This document shows positions 59,145 through 64,000 of a stretch of DNA of 64,000 bases, one piece after another. The notes beneath the pieces are model-generated. The model did not search any database. It had not been told where the DNA came from and worked only from the letters and a program-made list of their open reading frames with translations. The translations under genes and the position numbers were made by a program. This DNA is from Octopus sinensis (taxonomy: Eukaryota), in assembly GCF_006345805.1 (NCBI RefSeq), contig NC_043002.1, positions 496,001-560,000 on the forward strand, in the 5' to 3' direction. Numbering within the stretch: the stretch's first letter is position 1; the number at the start of each line of letters is the position of its first letter.

Positions 59145-61309
59145 CCATAAGGAAAAATTTGTTCAACATGTTAAAGGTTGCATCAAAATGCCTCAGCTAG
59201 ACAAATTGTGTTTTCACTCCATTAGAATTTAGAGTTTCAGTCTCAGTAATGCATCAACATGTAAGAATTGAGATTGTCCATCAATTTCCAAATGTAAGGA
59301 AGTGAATTCTACCTTTCCATAAAAGAAGGAAGGAACTGTATATATGTTTCGTTCTCAATGTCCTCCAGCAGATATTCATTTAGTTCTGTATGTAAGCACA
59401 TTTCTGAGAGAGCTACCATGAAGTGAGGCAAAACATTTTGAGACTGAAATAACATTCTGCCAGTTGGGTTGATGGAATGCTTCCATGTCTACAACACGGA
59501 TCACGTTTCAAGCTATTCTTATTGAAAAGTTCATAATATTTGTGTTGCAAGAGACTTTTCTCATGAAGGATGGGAAATCTTTTTAGCTAGCCACATTCTA
59601 TGCTATTCTCTTGCTGTACGTGTGGGGAGTGTTAAACTAGAAGAAATATTTTTTCCGAGTTCTCTTGTATTGAGATTTGGGCTTCTTTCATGTATCTTAG
59701 TTTTTCTTTGAAACCACGTATCATGCATCAATATGGGTTAGATACTTTCCTCCTGTTAAGAACTAAATATTTTATGATTGTGGAGAGATAGTTGGACCTT
59801 TAATTTAAATTTATTACACTTTCTTTTAGTATTTTGTAGATGTAGTGCTTGCCCATAAGTTATGGCATAATATTCATGGTTCTTAGGCTGATGGTCATCT
59901 TTGATCCCTTAATATTGTGTATGACAAATTTGCATGACACTGTATTTGTCAGTCCTGTACTAGCTGGCCATACATGAACCATTCTTCTTTATGATCATTT
60001 TAAAGAAGTTATGAGCTCTCGATCCTAACGCAGAATTTTTCATCTCTTATTTACTTTGTTAACATCAACCCATGTCTCTGGATTTATGTTGATTTTTCCT
60101 GGAGTTGTCTTTATTGAAACTTTCAAGTGTAGCTGTGTGAGTAAGAAGCTTGCTTCCCAATCATGTGGTTTTGGGTTCAGTCCCACTACACAGCATCTTG
60201 GGCAAATAACTTCTACTACAACTCTGGGCTGACCAAAGTCTTGTCAGTGGATGGAAAGTGAAAGAAGCCTGTCATATGTATCTGTGTCTGTGCTTGTCTC
60301 CCATCAGCACCACTTGACAACCAGTGCTAGTTTGTTCATGTGCCCATAACTTAGAAGTTCAACAAAAGAGACCAATAGAAAAAATACCAGGCTTAAAAAT
60401 TAGTACCAGGGGTGAGTTGTTAAACTAAACTCTTTACAATATGGCTGAAGTCCAATGAGTGAAACAAGGATAGAAATAAATCATTCTTTGAGCGACAACT
60501 TGTGCAATGATTCCATTGATACATTAATGGCAGATATAGCTTTTGGAATAATAGCCGAAGCAATATAACTGTTTCTTCAGTGCAAACTTTGATGTCTGAT
60601 ATATATATATATATATATATATCTGTCTGATTATACATCAAGTGACTTGGATGAAATAATACTTGAAGACTGGTCAGACACTGCTGCTGGTCCAAAAATA
60701 CCTTTTGGACTTGTGAAGGTATTTTTTCCCCCACCATTTCCCACTGAGTTTTAATCAATGCAATTACTCAACAAATTAATTTGTTTTGACACGCATTAAA
60801 ATCCATGAAGACCTGCATCTGTTGTTTTGCAACGAAGTAACTCAACTTGCTTAGAACAAACTGCAAAAAGTTCAGAAAAAACTTTTTTTGTGATTTTTGT
60901 TTCTTACGAATTACATTTATTACCAACATATTTTAATCTTTTTTGAGTGTAGCTGATTTTAATTATTATGTAATTAACAAACACGCATGCACACCATTAT
61001 TTTTGGCACAAATGTCTATCTACATTAAAAAACAAAGCAAAAACAACTAAACCTGTCCAATTTTCACAATAATCTGACCACAAGTAAATACACAATCAGC
61101 ATTTAAATAAACCATTTCTCAGGTATTTTCTGCTCTGTCAATACAGGACTGAGCTTTTCACCTAAATTCTCAACAAGGAGCTAGAAGCCAAAGCTTTCCT
61201 AAATGTGTACAAACTAAGGCCATTCAGGCAGAGTAAGATTGTCAGTTCATCCCTCCTATATAATCCTCTGCTGGGAGCAATTTTTGGTCTCTTTTAAGAT
61301 TATCTCGAG

Positions 61310-61630
61310 CGGCTAACTGGCTTCCATGCCGGTGGCACATAAAAGGCACCATTCGAGCGTGATCGTTACCAGCATCGCCTTACTGGCACATGAAAAAACA
61401 TTCGAGCGAGGTCGTTGCCAGTACTGCCTGACTGGCCCCCATGCTGGTGGCACGTAAAAGCACCCACTACACTCTCGGAGTGGTTGGTGTTAGGAAGGGC
61501 ATCCAGCTGTAGAAACTCTGCCAGATCAAGATTGGAGCCTGGTGCAGCCATCTGGTTCACCAGTCCTCAGTCAAATCGTCCAACCCATGCTAGCATGGAA
61601 AGCAGATGTTAAACGATGATGATGATGATA
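61310..61630 (+). mobile_element. RTE 3'UTR copy (another diverged copy at 62845-63213)
   Basis: Modules, core and tail. Confidence 0.85.
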
Positions 61631-62230
61631 TGAATCATCTAGTTTAAAGATTTCAGCCCCTTAAAGCTAACAATAGGAAAGTTAAAGTTTCTCACCTTTT
61701 TTCCCATCTAGGAAGAGATGTTATAAACGAAGAGCAACTGACTGTAGTTCATTATTTTGCTGGTGTCACTAATAATAGTGAACGCTTTAGCAAATTCCAA
61801 AATTTTTTGGAGGAAGAGATATAGAAATTTTGGAGTAAAATTCCACTGTGTTGAACTTGCCTTCTTTTCTATGCCATCAAATCGTAACAATTTTGTGTAA
61901 GCTTAGTTCATTTTTGGCCCTTTAAGGTAATATATGGCTTATGTATTGCTAGGCATTCAACCCTAATACAATATATATTTAGGAGGCTGGAAATTATGCC
62001 TTGTTGTTAGTTATATTGCAAGAGTTGGACTTGTATTTTTGGAAGTTTTAGTAGTTGTCTGACAGGAATTTGGAGTGGGTTGTACTATATGTTGTCATGT
62101 AGATTTATTATTTTGTTGACAAATGTGACTGTCATAAATGGATATCTGATCCTTTAGAAGGTTTTCAAAGCTACTGGTGTGATGGCTAAATGAATCAACT
62201 TGTTTTGTGCTTAATCTTTCTGAATGCCCA

Positions 62231-62437
62231 AGGCGGTGAGCTGGCAGAAACGTTAGCATGCCGGGCAAAATGCTCAGTGGTATTTTGTCTGTCATTACGT
62301 TCTGAGTTCAAATTCCACTGAGGTTAACTTTGCCTTTCATCCTTTCGGGGGTCGATAAATTAAGTACCAGTTGCATACTGAGGTCGATTTAATTGACTAG
62401 TCCCCTCTCAGAAATTTTGGTCCTTCTGCCTAGAGTA
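62231..62437 (+). mobile_element. tRNA-derived SINE, family A
   Basis: GGCGGTGAGCTGGCAGAAACG A-box region and GAGTTCAAATTCC B box followed by a non-tRNA body. Confidence 0.85.
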
Positions 62438-63236
62438 GAAAAGAATATTTCTGAATGGCCTAACCAAATTATTCCATTCAGCTTCTTGTCGGCTGAAAGA
62501 CTGTACACATTGAGAGCAGCAAGAGATTGAATCACCAAATTCAACTGCATAAGCTCTAGTGAGGGGAGAGATGAATCAGGTATGATGAGCAGAGACCCTT
62601 GCAGTAGTGGGAAAAGGGTAGATAGAAGAGGTAGCATGTGCTCACACACACACACAGAGGGAGTAAGAAGTTGACCTTGCTGCTTTTTAGCCCTAGGTCA
62701 ATTCTGATGAGGAGAATCATATCTGATGTGTCCTTTCCTTCCTTTAATTAGAATTTTATGTAACAGCAGCAAGAATAAGGCATTGTAAAATTTAGTGGAT
62801 ATCAAAAATAATATCAAAATTTACATGAATTATTTCCCTCACTTGAAGTGAAGGGAAGAGGGAGACTGAGGAAGACATGGGATGAAGTTTTGAAGACCAA
62901 TCTGAAAACACTGAACCCTATGAAAGGGGTCACAGGGAACTGAGACATGTGATGCATTGCTGTACTTGAGAAGGCCCATCCACCACAACAGAATTGAGGT
63001 CCTAAAACCAAGGTGCCATGTAAAAAAGCATCTGTGATGGTGTCATATAAAATGTACCCAGTACACTCTGTGGAGTGGTTGGCATTAGGAAGGGCATCCA
63101 GCTGTAAAAACTAAGCCAAAACAAACTATGGAACTTGGGGCCCTGGCCTTACCAGTTCCTGTCAAGCCAACCAATCCATGTCAGCATGGAAAATGGATGT
63201 TAAATGATGATGATTTGACAATGAAGGAATAGGTAC

Positions 63237-63475
63237 CTGTAAGAATAAGTCTCAGACCATATTTCTCTGAAAGATGTGGGATTAAGAATAACCGGATGGT
63301 TGCTGTAGTATATACCAAGGAAAGCATTATCTTTCCTCTCAACACAGAACCAAGAATTTAAATCAAAACCTATGTTCAAGGACATTTGTGTTTCACATAA
63401 GTGAGCCAAGAGAATTTTCTCCATATCTTCTTTAGGACACTGATTAAAGTTTAATTCTTGGAAATCTTGGCAATC
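63237..63475 (-). CDS. TCTN2: Tectonic (TCTN2-like) most upstream exon in the window
   Basis: DCQDFQEL...WFCVERKDNAFLGIYY (compare FLCVQSPLANTPFLGYFY); starts with the DC expected after the CCCD motif; phase 0/2, joining 58941 as AG+A. Confidence 0.88.
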
Positions 63476-64000
63476 CTTTAAAAGAAAACAAAAAAACCAT
63501 TAAAATATTCGTATTGTTTGTTGTTAATGAAAAAAATTTACATTTTCAATACATATTTTATATCAATAAGTGAAATCTGTATCACTAAATCTCCCATGTC
63601 TCCTTAGCTTCCCTGCCTGCTGTTTCTACTAAACATCTCTTTCCTGCGCCTTCAGCCATTGTTCTCTCTCCTCTACTGCACTCCATCTTTAACTCCATTT
63701 GTCTGCTGTCACTCTCAATGCCTTTTACCATAATCAACACTGCACGGCCGCACCTATTTCCCTCACCATCCATCTTGTCATCACACTCTTATGAAACTCC
63801 CCCCTATACATCCCCCACCCCTGGCCCACTCACCCAATCCAATCCTCCAAGGCATGACTAACACCTCAGACGTAGGAAAACACTCCTGAATTGGAGATGC
63901 TCTCACTCAGGGGGAACAAAACCCAGGCAAACCAAATATGGCATACATCAAGAACACTGTTAGTTCTATCTAAAGACATAATATTCACATTTCCACATTA

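Noticed and set aside
60620-60860. Strong minus-strand acceptor at about 60861 and ORF 60420-60758
   Set aside because: No tectonic similarity, and no open frame compatible with the phase-2 flanking exons.
61696-61742. Candidate tectonic exon SCSSFITSLPRWEK with a GTGAGA donor
   Set aside because: No polypyrimidine acceptor and a phase-1 start that does not fit; exon 63237-63475 already joins 58941 in frame.

Overview
AT-rich, intron- and transposon-dense animal genomic DNA; the repeat content (RTE LINE remnants with (GAT)n tails, tRNA-derived SINEs, long TA/CA microsatellites) suggests an octopus-like cephalopod, which is an inference. Two convergent, spliced protein-coding genes can be rebuilt by hand with consistent intron phases. 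(1) Minus strand: eight exons (63475-27032, 638 codons plus stop) of a tectonic-family ciliary transition-zone gene most like TCTN2; its 5' exons lie beyond the window. (2) Plus strand: the last four exons (6382-23233) of a gene I cannot name, whose C-terminus has 13 tandem PRG[M/A] units diversified only at synonymous sites apart from the Met/Ala position. The rest is layered mobile DNA: two Helitrons, a young HERO-type non-LTR 3' ORF, a Gypsy relic, CR1 and Penelope-like fragments, two mariners, a near-intact IR/DR Tc1, a hAT with nested insertions, three tRNA-SINE families, and more than 25 pieces of one RTE LINE family. Best leads: the PRGM protein, a variable-copy hairpin module in the RTE 3'UTR, a recurrent RTE breakpoint with a twin-priming-like inversion, an unidentified decayed ORF inside a Helitron leader, and crossing inverted repeats around a candidate alternative last exon. 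Repeat boundaries are approximate unless terminal motifs are cited.
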